Of a stretch of 64,000 bases of DNA, positions 1-13,250 are shown in pieces; position 1 is the first letter of the stretch; the number at the start of each line of letters is the position of its first letter. Below the pieces are notes generated by a model that was not told the origin of the DNA, searched no databases, and saw nothing but the letters and a program-made list of their open reading frames with translations. The position numbers and the translations under genes were made by a program. Source of the stretch: Camelus ferus (taxonomy: Eukaryota); NCBI RefSeq assembly GCF_009834535.1, contig NC_045696.1, forward strand, positions 106,828,001-106,892,000, written 5' to 3'.

Positions 1-2169
1 CAGTCTGCCCTGCATATGCCTATGTCCCTCAGTCTAGTGCCAGTTTCCTGAGGCAAGGGCCATGTCTCAGTCTTCTTGATACAGGTTTATTATGGATTTA
101 TTTAGTTTTAATTGCTCTTCTTACTTTAAATTTTTTTTTGAGGTAGAATTTGATTCTGAAAAATATTCCCATGAGTAATCAGTGTCATGGTTAAAAATGA
201 AGATAAAACAAAGGTCAGAAACCATAAGGAATGAGTGGAAATGATTGTACCTAGTGTGAACTAATTCCTGAAAGTGAAATGTGAACTTATGCCTGCAAAG
301 GAATTATTTACCTCTGTCTCTTGTCCAGCCTCAGCATAGGGGCTTACACCTCCTGAACATTAAGTACTAAGAGTGTAGCTGAGTTGCCTGTCTCCAAAAG
401 CCAAGTAAGAGCAATGAATTCAGCAGCACAGGTGGCTAGAGGCTGGGCAATCCCCACCTGTTTTAGTTACTGGATTTTTTTTTTTTTTTAACCTTTGGCT
501 TGTCATCTACATGCTGCTCCTGAGACAAATGGGAGAAATGTGGTTTGAGAAAGGCTACCCGGGGCTACCTGGGTCACGAACTCCCCACACCAGGCTCACG
601 GGCGCAGCGTGGGGGCTGCAGGACTCTCCTTCCTGCCTCTCTAGGGGCTGCAGCCGGCCCAGGCTCCTGCTGGTCTCACCTGGGACAGCCTGTGCTCTCC
701 AAGTCACATCACCTTGCTTCTCCCCTCTAATGTCATGGCTTGTCTGCACTTCTTATCATAACCGTCCTGCAAGCAGTGCCTTTTCCTTTTATCTGCCACT
801 TTTAAGTATTTGAAAAGATTGAATGCAGTCCTTTTTCTCTTAGTCTGTCCTCCACTTCCCTCCTGTCCCACCCACGGTATGCTGTTCCCTGCCCAGCAGG
901 TGACCCAGCCAGAAAAGGCAGCCACATACCACCTCCACAGGTGTGGTCCCCTGGGGGAAGCCGAAACCATCTAAACCGATCCTTTGTCCACTTGTATCAT
1001 ATGACAGATATGAGAAAGAAATGTTGATGAGGATAAAAAAAAACTATTTAAAATTGTTTGTAATTCCCCTGCCTCGTGGGCAGGCGTGTTTCCTGGTAGC
1101 AGGAGGCCCCTTTGTAAGTTAAATGCCTTCAGCAGTAGAGGATGGGAAGTCCAGAGGCAGAGAAATTCTCTGCAAGAGGGTGCAAGTTCTGGAGCAGAGT
1201 TGCATTGCTCTGTGTGCTAAGGGGGTGAGAATAAATGAGGTGGGACTAGAGAAATCCAGGAGGAAGGAGACAGGGATGACCAAGGCCAGACCCTGTGGTA
1301 TATGGGGGATGAGAAAGAGAGAAGAGAGGATAGGGCCTTACCCCAACTCAGGGTCCCCCATTAATGATGTATGTAAATGGGTTTTTTTCCGGGAAATGCC
1401 ATGTATTGTGCAGCCATGTTCTGGGATCTTTCATCGAAATGATTAAAAGCATGGTATCCTTATAGAGTTACATTTCTTATGGAAGAGAGTGGTGAAGAGC
1501 TTGGGTTGTCAAGTTGGAAGGGTTGGGGCAGAACAAAATCAGCCTGCTCCAACCTTGACTCTGACTTTGACTGATAACGCTTATGCGTGATGTTTGCTCT
1601 AGCCATCAACCCATGTCTCCCAGTCATGATTGTCCTACATGGTGAAAAAGAGCCCCCAAGCCAAGATGCCTTGGAGAGAAACATTTTCCAGAACTTCAAC
1701 AGCTAAAGGCCAAAAGATTGAAGTTTTTTTTTTCTAGTAAGAACGTAACATAATTAACAACAATTACTATACATTTTAAAACTCTAATTTATAAACGGTA
1801 TTGCTAATTTATGAACGGTAAATTAAATTGCTAATTTATAAATGGTATATATTACAAGTTTTATATGCATCAAACTTTGGTGTGCTCGTAAAATTATCAT
1901 AACCTTAAATGTGTTTATTCAGCCAGTTATTCCAAATGAGTTCATTAGAATTAGTTTAAGTTTTTGTTTGAAGTGAAATTATCGGCTGCTGAACTCAAAT
2001 AAATATAGCAGCCCTTTATTTTTTTTCCAGTTTGTATAAAACACTATGGCAAGCACGAGAAGCAATTCAGTTTTCAAGACTGTATCCTCCATGATTTCCA
2101 GTAGATGACATTAAAAAAAAAATTAGTCCATTTTGAGTTTAGAGTTCTTGTGTAGGTTTCTGCAGAGTT

Positions 2170-2800
2170 TCAGAGCATACTAGTAAAATTCTCAGATGAC
2201 ACAGCACCGACTCTTGGCATAGGTTCAGGAACCCAGGAGCCTTCTCCAAAGCAGAATTCACTTTGTATCTGTATAGTAGGGGTTGTTCATGACAGTTGTC
2301 CATCTGAGGGATTTAGGACAGGATTAAGGGATATCTTTGGAGAAAACAAGTTATTCTGTCTCTGAGTGACCCAGAATGCCTCCTCCATCATACCCTAAAG
2401 CAAGTATAGTGTCCAGGCCCCACGAAACCAGATGATGATGTTCCAAATCCATGAACAGAGAGAACATAGGGAGACCAAAAGACTCTCAAAGTGATGGAGT
2501 CCCTAACTCTGCAGATAAGAGTGTCTGTCATGTTCTGCCAGAGCCTAGAAGATGGAAGCCAGCATTTGTCTCACTTCGTGTGGTAGGGGCTATGAAAACC
2601 TGCAATCGTGATACACTATAAAATAGGACATTATGTTAGTATCTGGCATCAGTATAACAAAAGGGGGAAAGTTTGCATAGACACAATTGGGTCATCTTTA
2701 GAGGAAGATGGAGCTCAGTTAAAATAAAGATACTGCTCTGCCCAGTATCTGAGGGAGGGATGACGCTTTTAACTATATTTAGATATACTGGTTGGGACTG
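2170..2800 (+). mobile_element. Highly decayed L3/CR1 LINE fragment
   Basis: ctagtaaaattctcagatgacaca (2180-2203) reads LVKFSDDT, like the CR1 RT motif LxKFADDT; gtatagtgtccaggcccca downstream resembles the CR1 EYCVQFW.P region. Confidence 0.5.
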
Positions 2801-2899
2801 GAGCAGGGTGGGTGGAAGGGAGTAACTGGATTTGTTCATCATGTCAATTAATTAATTGTTGCATTTTAAAATATATGATAAATGAAATATTTTTGACTG

Positions 2900-3570
2900 A
2901 GTTTACCTATGTGGATTTGAAAGATGAACTGGATTTGGGCAGGCAGAGATTAAGGGATGGGAAGGTTGACATTCCCAGGATGGAAAGCAAAATAGGCAAA
3001 AAGGTAGGGGTGGGGATGGGTGTGATGTCGGAGAAAACAAGCTGTAATGTTGGAGCAAGAAGGCAGAAGCTCTTTAGTGTGCATCTTGGAGTTAAACTCA
3101 GAAGGATGACCTCAAAGGTGCAGAGCGACAGGAATGGATGGAGCCTGGGAGCTCCACAAAGAAGCCTTTAAAGCCAGACCTGCAGCGGTGTGAGCTGGGC
3201 TTGGCTGCTGGCAGTGGGAGCAGAGAGTAAGGGGGTACATCCAAGGGGCATTTCAGGAGAGGAATGATGTGATTTGGTGACAAATCAGCAGCCGAACCAA
3301 AAGACTGAAGTGAAAGATGTCTTCAGATCTTCACTGGGAGACCAGAAGAGTTCTGGTGCCCTTGAGTACAATGGTGAAGCTGAGAGGGAATTCAGCTTGA
3401 AAGAAAATGAAGAAAAGGGGTTAAGGCTGCGTTGTGGTCCCATTGAATCCGGTGTGACAGTGGAGTATCCAAGTGTGTTCTGAAAAGGTGAGAGGTCAGG
3501 GCAGAAGTTGTAGATCTAAAAGTTATCCACATTGATTCTACACTGATAAAAGTGGGTGAAATCTCAGAGT
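2900..3570 (-). mobile_element. L2 LINE fragment
   Basis: gagaggtcagggcagaagttgtagatcta and gaggaatgatgtgatttgg match antisense L2 3' region. Confidence 0.65.
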
Positions 3571-4095
3571 GAAAATAAAGGCATAAGTTCCTACACTAAG
3601 AATTGGGAACTGGTGCTACATGAGTTTTTTATGTAGTTATTTTTGGCAGTTGGTACTACATTTCATTCAATTGATGATAACAGTAAGATTGGGGAAACAT
3701 ATTTCCTGTTTTTCTATAGGTTTTCCATTATTTCTCTAGTCAAATTTATCCATTACCATCAAGAAGCTATATTTGTTTTAGTGATGAACTTTCCTCTAGC
3801 AAACATTAAAACAGAGTCCTGTCTAGCTGCAGATTTTTTTAAATGACACAAACACAACCAATTTTCCCCCTTAATTTTCAATTCTGAGCTTTCTGACGAT
3901 GAACTGCACTGTGGTAGAAGAGAGAGGAGGAAGGCAGTGGGTAGAGACAGATCTTTTTATAAAGATCAGCAATTCTCCATGCTTTTATCCCAGGCAAAGA
4001 TTACATTTAACACCCAGGGGTCTCAGCTGCCTCAGATCCTTTTCAGGACGAGGAGCTGTGGCACTGCAGATAGTTTGGGGTGTCCTTTCATTTTT

Positions 4096-4300
4096 TGACA
4101 GTATTAAATATAGACCCCTGTGAGCCATAAATCAGTGATTTATCTAAGAATAAATCGTATCTGTAATAAGGGACCACTTCTTTTAAATTGGGCAGTGCAT
4201 TATATTAAACAGGCAGACTTGCTCAAACACACAAACTGTATCAGCCAGCCATTTTTAATGAATATAACTTAAAATTTCTCTTTCTTGGGGAGAAAGCTAT
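4096..4300. promoter_or_regulatory. Candidate enhancer with MEIS and two PBX-HOX motifs
   Basis: TGACAG 4096-4101; ATAAATCA 4127-4134 and TGATTTAT 4136-4143 in repeat-free sequence. Confidence 0.4.
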
Positions 4301-5089
4301 TTCCCTTCAAAAGGGCAAAACGGAGGGACTTGCTGAGTTTTGTTGGCTATTGTATACATTTTATTTAATCTTTCAGCTACAGGGAGAGTTAAGTTTCCTC
4401 CCAGATTTTTCACTATGGAGGCTGCATATTTGGGAAGAGGAAGAAAAAAAATAAAGGGAGACCCCCTCAGGAGCTAAATATGGTGGTGGGACAGTGCCCG
4501 ACATGGACTGATTCTGCTTGTGTAAGTGTTAGCATTTCACACCGCATGTGCTCCGTGTCATCTCGGGGTTTGGGTGGACCTCATTTGCTATGGTGTCCCT
4601 GGTGTTTAGCAGCTATCTACTGAATAGATACATTTTGTCTGCTATAATGGTATGATTATGGCTTAAGTATTCATATTCCATCTTTGGCTATTCTGGTTTA
4701 CCAGAGTTGTGATTTGTCCCTTTACCACTGTTAGGCAGGACACAGAGCTGGAGAAGAGAAAAGGATTTTAATTATAAAAATGCACCCTTTATTTTCATCC
4801 ATTAGATGATGTTTTATAAGCATTTACATTTCTGATAGAAGACACTGCTGTGTTTTGTTTAGATTCATTTTTGTTAATAGATTTCAGTGATGGGCAGTGA
4901 AAAGAAGGGTGTGGGCATGTGCAGAAAGGAAGCGGTGTCCTTTAAAGGGCTATAATCTGACAGACCTGGCTGTGCATTAAAATGAATAAATAGGTCAATT
5001 ATATACACATGTGAAATTTGAACAACAAATGAAGGTAGAAATAAACATGATAAAGACACCTGTTTCTCGCTATATAGTGAACTAAAATA

Positions 5090-6020
5090 TTGTGAAAACC
5101 CCTCTCATGTAAAATACTTGAAAGTGCTGGTTAAAACATTTAACTACACATAGGTTTAATTCACAGCTAAGCTGACAAAAGGGAGGACAATACTTAAGGC
5201 TGAAAATAATACTAAAGCAATAATCCAGAAAAATAAGTGGACAAAGAGCCGATGGCACCCCTGGGATAGCTGCCTTTTCCAAACAAATTCGAGCTTCCAT
5301 TTTCAAGGGCTGATCCAAGAACGGGTACAAGGCTTAAGGTCAATAGGCACCATAAGTTGAGAGATTCCTCACTCTGTCTATAAATAGCAAACTCAGACCA
5401 CAAAGCCCAGATTTCCTAATTATCAGGCACAACATATAAAATAAGCACACATAAATATTTAAAGGGATCACAGAGGAAATTTAACCTATGATCATCAAAG
5501 AAAAGACTGAGAAGGAACAGGTTTTAAAGAGAACCAAACAGAACCTCCAGAAACAAATATATAATACTTGAGATTAAAAAATAATGTATGGCTTAAAGGC
5601 CAACTAGACATGGCTGGATAAAGAATTGATGAATTGGAATATGAATCTGAAAAATTATTCAGCATGTAGTATAGAGAGGCAAAGAGATGAAGTAACACCC
5701 ATCAAATCAGACTCCCAGAAGAACAGAACCAAGCTAATGAAGAAGAAATAATATTTAAAGAGATAATAGATGAGAATTTTTCTGCATTGATGAGAGATAA
5801 GAATTATAATATTCAAAATAAATAAAAATAAATCTATGTTTAGTCATATTACAGGGAATACCTAAGAAGAAGAGAGAATCTTTAATACAGTCAGAGAGAA
5901 AAGAACAGTTACTTACAAAGTTATGACAGTTAGGCCTTGGACTTAAGATGAGACAAATGAGATGCCTAGGGTACAAAATTTAAGGATATGTTCACTCTCC
6001 AGTTCAACAGCAACAAGGAC
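5090..6020 (+). mobile_element. Ancient L1 5'/ORF1 remnant
   Basis: A-rich; ctagacatggctggataaagaattgatgaattggaa and cccagaagaacagaac resemble decayed ORF1 coiled-coil and RRM regions. Confidence 0.65.
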
Positions 6021-6579
6021 TCAAAATACTTAATAGGAAAGGAGTGGTTTTCCTCCCTTAAGAACAGGAAATTACTCCTTTTTAATTTTAAAATGACACT
6101 TACAGCAACTGACATTGTCCAAAAGCTATAATATTCTGTCCCTTTTAATTTCTGCCAAGTTGTGCTTAAGGAAAGGGGGCTAAAATCCTCTAGAGAAGTG
6201 TTTTTGTAGTTGTTGGATTAAAAAGATGAGACAACATGTAGCAAGCTAAGGAGGAGGCTAGAAGGTTTGTAGATCTAAATTTAATACAATATTTGTTATG
6301 TGTCCCAGAATCAGAAAAATTTCAGCAAGTCACAAAAAGATAGTCTCAAAGTAGAATAGAAAGATATCCTATCTAACCCAGAAGTAAAATGAGGGTTATT
6401 CTAGGGCAGGGATCACAAATACTTGACCTGTATGCTGCCGTATGTGTTCAAATCTTCTGTCCATGCCAGGTGCCATTAATTAACTGCAACACACCATTCT
6501 CTCTTTTCTCAGCTCAGACGTGGTCTCAAAGGCTCTTCAATACAGGACTACTGAAAGGAGTTACTAAAGGCTTGGGGAT

Positions 6580-6660
6580 CACTGATGTATCTTTAAAAGC
6601 TAGGGCAGTACCTGGAACTTTCTTTGTGCTCAATAAATATTTCTTGAAGGACGAATGAAT
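6580..6660 (+). mobile_element. L2 3' end
   Basis: cagtacctgg...gtgctcaataaatattt...gaatgaat is the L2 terminus pattern. Confidence 0.6.
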
Positions 6661-7329
6661 TGTGGAGTTGACAAGCCAGATTAAACCTATCGCCATCATT
6701 AGCAGGCTAGTGATTAATAATAATAAATAATAGGATCTAGAAAGGTAACGTTTTGTCCAACCCACTCTAGAATAGATGGGTTCTGGGAAGTTAAGGCCTC
6801 CTGGTCTGGGAATGTGATGTCCCATTGGAACGAACTGAACATAAAGGAATGGCCTGGTGCGTTTGTAGGTTGTGCATGGAACTGAGGTAGTTCTTAAAGG
6901 TGATGCTTGCAGATTTTTGGCTAGCCTCTCTTCCTAACTCCAACTTGTCCATAAATTTTCTGCTTTGGGAATCAGATTATAAGGGCCATCAGATAACTGG
7001 AGACTAGTGGATCTGAACCAGAGTTAGGTTCTCCTAGGCCAAGTGGTGTACATGTGTAGGACTTTTTCTTCTCTGGGCTTAATAAGAGCATGAGAACTAG
7101 TGGTGAGGAATTCATGAGCTGAGAATCAGAAAAGAGATCTGATGCTTAGAAATCTGCATATCAGATTCTGTTTATCAAAGAAGGGCAGCACCAGCTTGTG
7201 TGAGGATTTCTGGAAAGACTTTCCCATCTCCATGCAAAGATGGCTGAAGGCTCCCTGAAGCTGGACAACTTTAGACTTTGAGCTGAGTTGATCAGATAGA
7301 TATCTGATATAAAGATATAGGTATAATTT

Positions 7330-7770
7330 TTTATTTTTAACATTTTACTTTGAGAAAATTTAGACTTAGAGAGGAGTTAGAAACATAGTAGAGAGTTCCT
7401 GTCTACCCCTCATCTATTTTCTCTCTATGACCATATCACAGTTATCAAAAAATAAGAAATTAACATTGGCACAATTCTATTAACTAAACTACAGACTTTA
7501 TTTAGATTCCACCAGTTTTTCCACTAATGTCCCTTTTTGTTGTTGTCCCAACATCTAATTCGTGATACCATGTGGTACTTAGTAGTTGGATTTTCTTAGT
7601 CTCTTCCAGTATGTGACAGTTTCTCAGTCATTCCTTGTCTTTTTTGATATTGACACTTCTGGTCAGGTGTTTTGTAGAGTGTCTCCCAGTTTGGGTTTGT
7701 CTGGTGTTTTCTCGTGATTAGGTTGAAGTTATGGATTTGGAGAAGACTACCGTAGTAGTGGTGTGCCCTT
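7330..7770 (-). mobile_element. L1MC-like 3' UTR fragment
   Basis: gaaattaacattggcacaattctattaactaaactacagact matches antisense L1MC 3' end. Confidence 0.65.
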
Positions 7771-7899
7771 CACTTAGATCAGCTCCTGTTTTGTCTTACC
7801 CACTTCGGTGTGGCTAAGTCACTTATTTGTACCATGGTTAGGTTCATTTGTCTGCATTTCTTCTTGGATTTCCTGGACATTTTGGTTAATTTTTAAACC

Positions 7900-10085
7900 T
7901 TTGCACATGGTAGAAGTCACTTTTTGTGGTGTACAGTTCTACGGGATTTGACAAGTATATACAGCTATATATTTACAACTACAGTACTACACAAAACAAT
8001 TCCACTGATCCAAAAATTCCCTTGTGTTGCCCCTTTCTAGTCAACCACTCTCGTCATTCCCAATCCCTAGTAATGACTGATCATTTTGTTGTCTATAATT
8101 TTGCCTTTTCGAGACCATTATATAATTAAATAATTCATTGTGTCTTTTGGGTCTCACTTCTTTCACTAAACAAAATACATTTATGATTCATTCATGTTGT
8201 GAGATGAATCAATAGTCTGTGTCTTTTTATTGCTGAATAATATTCCACTGTATGAATGCACCCAGTTTGTTTATCCATTCACCTATTGAAGGACATCTGG
8301 GTTATTTTCAGGTTTTGGCAGCTGTGAATAAAACTAGTGTAAACATTTGCATATAGGTTTTGTATGAAAATAAGTTTTTATTTCATTGGGTAAATGCTTA
8401 GGAGTGTGATTGTTGGTATATGTAAGTATATGTTTAACATTATGAGGAAAAACCAAACTGTTCTATAATAACTGTACCATTTTACATGTTATCAGCAATG
8501 TATGAGCATTTCAGTTGTTTTGAATCTTTGCCAGCAAATTGCACTGTTAGTTTTTCTTTTATCTTGGTTTTTATTTCTAGCTGTTCTGTTAGATGTGTAG
8601 TATCTCAATATGGCTTTAATTTGCTTTTCCCTGATGGCTAATGATATTGAACATCTTTTTATGTGTTTATTTGCTCTCCATACATCTTTGATAAAGTGTC
8701 TGTTCAAATATTTTGCCCAGTTTTTAATTGGGTTGTTTGTTTACTTTCTGTTGAACTTTGAAAATTGTTTATAAATTCTGTATATCAGTTCTCTGTGAGA
8801 TACAGAATTTGAAAATATTTTCTCCCACTGTGTGGTTTCTCTTTTCAGTTCCTTAACATTGTCTTTTGCAGAGCAAAAAGTTTTAATTTTGATAGTAAGT
8901 TTTTCTTTTATGAATCCTATTTGTGTTGTGTTGAAAGACTTTGCTAAATGAAAATCATGTAGATATATGATGTCTCCTAGAAGCTGTTAAGTTTAATCTT
9001 TTACATTTAGATCTACATCCATTTGGTGTTAAATTTTATACGAAGTTTATAAGACTTAGGTTAAGATTTTGTTTTGTATATGGATATCCAATTATTTATC
9101 ACCATATGGTGAGACTGTTATTCTTTCTCCATTAAATTGTGTTTGTATCTTTGTCAAAAATCAGTTGACTATATTTATATGGGTTTATTTTGGGTTCCTT
9201 CTTCAGTTCCATTGGTCTATGTGTCTGACCTTTCGCCAACACCACACTGGTTTGATTACTATAGCTCTACAGTAAGTCTTGAAGTTAAATAGTGTGAGTT
9301 TTCTAACTTGCTCCTTTTCAAAATTATCTGGGTTATTTTAGTCCACTGTTTTTATGTATACACTTTAGAATCACCTTTGAATATCTATATAAAATCTTAC
9401 TGAAGTTTTGATTGGGATTACATTGAAACTACACACCAAATAGGGGAAAACTGATATTTTACAGTATTGAATCTTTCAATCCATAAACATGTTCTATCTC
9501 TCCATTTATTTACATCTTCTTTGATTTCTTTCATGAAAATTTTTTAGTTGTCAACATATAGCTCCTGCATGTAATTTGCTACATTTATACACAACTAATT
9601 ATTTTTAGTTTTTGGTGCTACTGTAAGTAACTTTTTAATTTTAAATTCCATTTATTCACTGTTCATGTATGGAAATATAACTGAGTTTCATTTATTAATC
9701 TGTACCCTGAAAAAATCAATTATGGCTTTAAGAGAGTTTTGTGTGTGGGTACGTGTAGATTCTTTGAAATTTGAAAGACTGGCTAAAAGCTCATCAGTTT
9801 CATTGATATTTTTTAAAACAGCTTTTGGTTTTATTGATTTTTCTCTATTCTTTTTCTGTTTCCAAATTCATTGATTTCTGGTCTTTGTTATTTCTTTCCT
9901 TCTGTTTTCTGTGAGTTCTTATTTGCTCTTCTTTCTCTAGTTTTTTAAGGCAGAAGTTTAGTTTAGTAATTTGAGACTTTTATTCTTTTCTAATAATCTT
10001 TTAATAGCATAACTTTCACTCTGAGCACTTTAGCTACATTCCATAACTTTTGACAAGCTGTATTTTCATTTTTCATTCAGTTCGA
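7900..10085 (-). mobile_element. Old L1 (L1M) 3' UTR and ORF2 remnants
   Basis: ORF 8492..8707(-) MNRHFIKDVWRANKHIKRCSISLAIRE is ORF2 C-terminal-like; 9780-10085 antisense resembles IEKINKTKSWFFEKINKID. Confidence 0.85.
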
Positions 10086-10089
10086 AATA

Positions 10090-12340
10090 AATGATTCATA
10101 GCAAAATGTTAACTACCAATTCTGACCCAAGAAGAAGTAGGAAACTTAACCTATTACAAAAGAAGAGATTAAAAAGTTGATAAGTGATCTGCTGGATAGG
10201 TTAAAAGCAGAGCTCTACCTAGTAAATTTTAACAATCAGATAATTTCAGTATTATTAAAAAGTGTTCTAAACCATTTAAAGAGGGAAAGCTCTTACAATT
10301 CATTTTAGGAGATGAATATATCTTTAGCACAAAAACTTTATAAAGAGATAGAGGGGGCAGAAGCATACTAAAGATAACCTCATTAGTCTCAAGACAAATA
10401 TAAAACTATTATGTAAAATATTGCCTATTAACTGAGCAGTATATGAAAAGAATAATATATTATGACCAAATAAGTTTTATTTTAGGATTATATTTGATAT
10501 TTATTTATGTAATTGATTAATGAATAAATTACAGGAGAAAAATTATATGATGATTTTAATAAATTTCAAAAATCAGTTGATACAATTTAGCAGCTATTTC
10601 TAATAAAAACTAGAGTTAAATCTAGGAATAAAAAGAAACTCCTTAAATATAATAAAAATAATTTACCAAAAATTATGAACACTAATATCACTCTAATATT
10701 ATAACACTGAACCCATTTCCATTAAAATCAACATTGTTTTGGAAGTTCTAGGAAATTTGAAAATGAAAGAAAATGAAATAAATATTACAAAAAATAAAAT
10801 TTACTTTTATTGATGTTATTGCACATATAAAAAATGAAGAGGTGAGTAAAAGAACTATTATTAATAAGAGCAGGTAAGGTAGCCTAATATAAGATAAATA
10901 TACAAAGTTAATAGATTTTCTACATACCAGCTAAAATCAGCTGGAAGAAATGAGAAACTATTTCATCCACACAGTGACAAAGAGTATCTAGTTCCTAGAA
11001 ATAAATTTAACATGAAAGGTATAGGATGTATGTTCATAGAACAATCAAATCTTAATAAAAGACAAAGTCTGTTCAATTGGAAAGTATAGCATATTCTTGG
11101 ATGAGAAGACTGAATGTCACCCCAAAATACCAATTCAAACAATACCAATATGTTTCTGTTTTTGAGGGCAGTGGTATGGGAATCATCTTAACATTTTTAA
11201 AGAAGAAAAAATATCTGAGAATGGCCAGGATTGTTATGAGATTTGATAAAGTTCAGGGAATTGTCCTATATTGGTTTAAAAAAAAAGCAAACAAATCATT
11301 GAAAGGCAATTAAGAGTCTAGAAATAGATCTTGATATGTGCGAGAATTTCATATATGAAAATGGTGACATTTTAATCTAGTAGAAAAGGAATGGTCTCTT
11401 TAATGAATAGTGCTGGCACAATGGGCAATCCATTTGGGACAATAAAGTGAAGTTGGAGATCTTTTTACACAATATGAAAATAACAGATGGATAAAAGACA
11501 AGTGTAAAACATAAAGTTAAAAAAATCTTAAAAGAAAATACAGGAGATTACATGTATAACCTTGGGTTGGAAATACCATTTTAATCAAGACAGCAAACCC
11601 AGAAATTATGAAGACAAATAAACATATTTTATTACATAAATAATTTTCAAAATTATGGCCAGAAAATGTAGTATAAATAGATTTTGTTTATATTTAAATA
11701 TTTACATATATTTATGTAAACATAAACCATATTAATAGGTAAATGGTGGATAGAGAAGTACAGAAAAGCAAGAATTCTGTTCAAAAATGACCAAAGAAAC
11801 TCCACTATGTTCATTTGTCTGAATATGATTATGTCTGCATGCAGAAAGTTCTGGAAAATACGTATGTATTGCATATGAAAATACATATGTTTCCACTGGT
11901 TATGTGAGGGAATATCAGAGACAAAACATTTGTAGGGAGGGAAAAGGTCATACAAAAGTAAAAGACTACATAAACAGTGGTCATGACAAAAAAAGTATGT
12001 AAGATAACCATTTTATTAAAATTATATGCTTGTATTCTAAAGAATATGTGTGTGTATGTGTGTGTGTGTATATATATATGTATATATATATATCACTGAA
12101 TCACTATGCCATACACCAGAAACTGATACAACATTGTAAATCAAAAAAAGCCAAAAAATTTAAAAATAAATAAAATTGAAAAAAAATTGTGTGTTTGTAT
12201 GTAAATTCATAAATATATGTATTAAAAGGGGGCCAACAATATTTTGGGATGTCATGTGATTTTTTTCACCTATTTCCTCATACTTTTGCATATTGCTTGT
12301 TTTTTTCATAATGAGGACACATTACTTAATCAGAACTATA
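10090..12340 (+). mobile_element. Old L1 ORF2 (RT region to 3' end), decayed
   Basis: ctgacccaagaagaagtaggaaacttaac (LTQEE..NLN), tatgaccaaataagttttatt (HDQVGFI-like), attcttggatgagaagactgaat (SWIGRLN-like). Confidence 0.8.
12036..12182 (+). mobile_element. Short younger L1 3'-end insertion with (TG)n(TA)n and A-tail
   Basis: tcactgaatcactatgccatacaccagaaactgatacaacattgtaaatc plus A-rich tail; degenerate TSD 12018-12035 / 12183-12200. Confidence 0.75.
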
Positions 12341-13109
12341 AAGGTGTTCCACTATGAGAAATAAAAACAAAGCAAGATGTAGTCACCCATTCCAAAGAAT
12401 TTATCGAAAAATCTGAAGTCCAGTTGAGAAGGTGGAGACTTGGAGTAGCTGAACCCAGAGAAGATTCAAAGGAGGTGGTAGGAAGAGGACCTGGAGCAGC
12501 TTCTGAGCCAAAAGAGAAGACACACCTAGCACTGGACCTGGAAGCAGTGGAAAACGATTTTTAGTTTAGTCTTAGTCTTGACTTTGGGGTCAAGGCAAAT
12601 GCAGTGCCCGAGGAGACTGTTCTTTAAGCCCCAAATTAGAGTTAGCTCATTTGTTTGGTTTCTCTATCTTCAATAGAAATAACCAATCAGCAAACAAAAA
12701 CCCAGGCTTTAAACAGAATCCCAATTCTGGGGCTGAAGACCTACAAAATATTTTAAAGAGCAAATTTTTTCAATTTACATTCTAGTTTTTTGGACACAAT
12801 GTAGTTCAGAAGGAGAAACCAGAAGACTGACTATTTTGTCCCCATTCAAGAAGGAAAGAAAGGTTTGAACTAATTTTCGTCCTGTTACAGAATGCAATAA
12901 CTGATTTCAGACTGTTTCTGCCGTAGGACTAGTGCCATCAGTGAGAAAGATGTGATCAGTTCCCCAGGGATTGTGTCACAAAGAAAAGTTGTACTGTTAC
13001 ATTCTGCAAGAATTGTTGCATTGAGAAGATTTTCAAAGAAATTCTCAAGAAAGGAAAATTACAGCATTCTGTCCTCCGAGTGATAAAGACCTGCATCCCA
13101 GCCTGAACA

Positions 13110-13250
13110 CTGGCTTTGGAGTCAGGTGCTCAGAATGCACAGTTTTTTTGTAAAACCTATTTTCACCTTATCAAGTTAGGTTATGCAAGCTTTTCATTCT
13201 CTCTGACTCTTAGTTTTTTCATCTATAAAATGGGAGTGCCGATAATAACA
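13110..13250 (+). mobile_element. MIR fragment
   Basis: ggctttggagtcag...ctctgactcttagttttttcatctataaaatggg core. Confidence 0.55.

Noticed and set aside
12870..12930. Branch point plus acceptor-like ctaattttcgtcctgttacag
   Set aside because: All three frames stop within 12 codons and there is no other exon support
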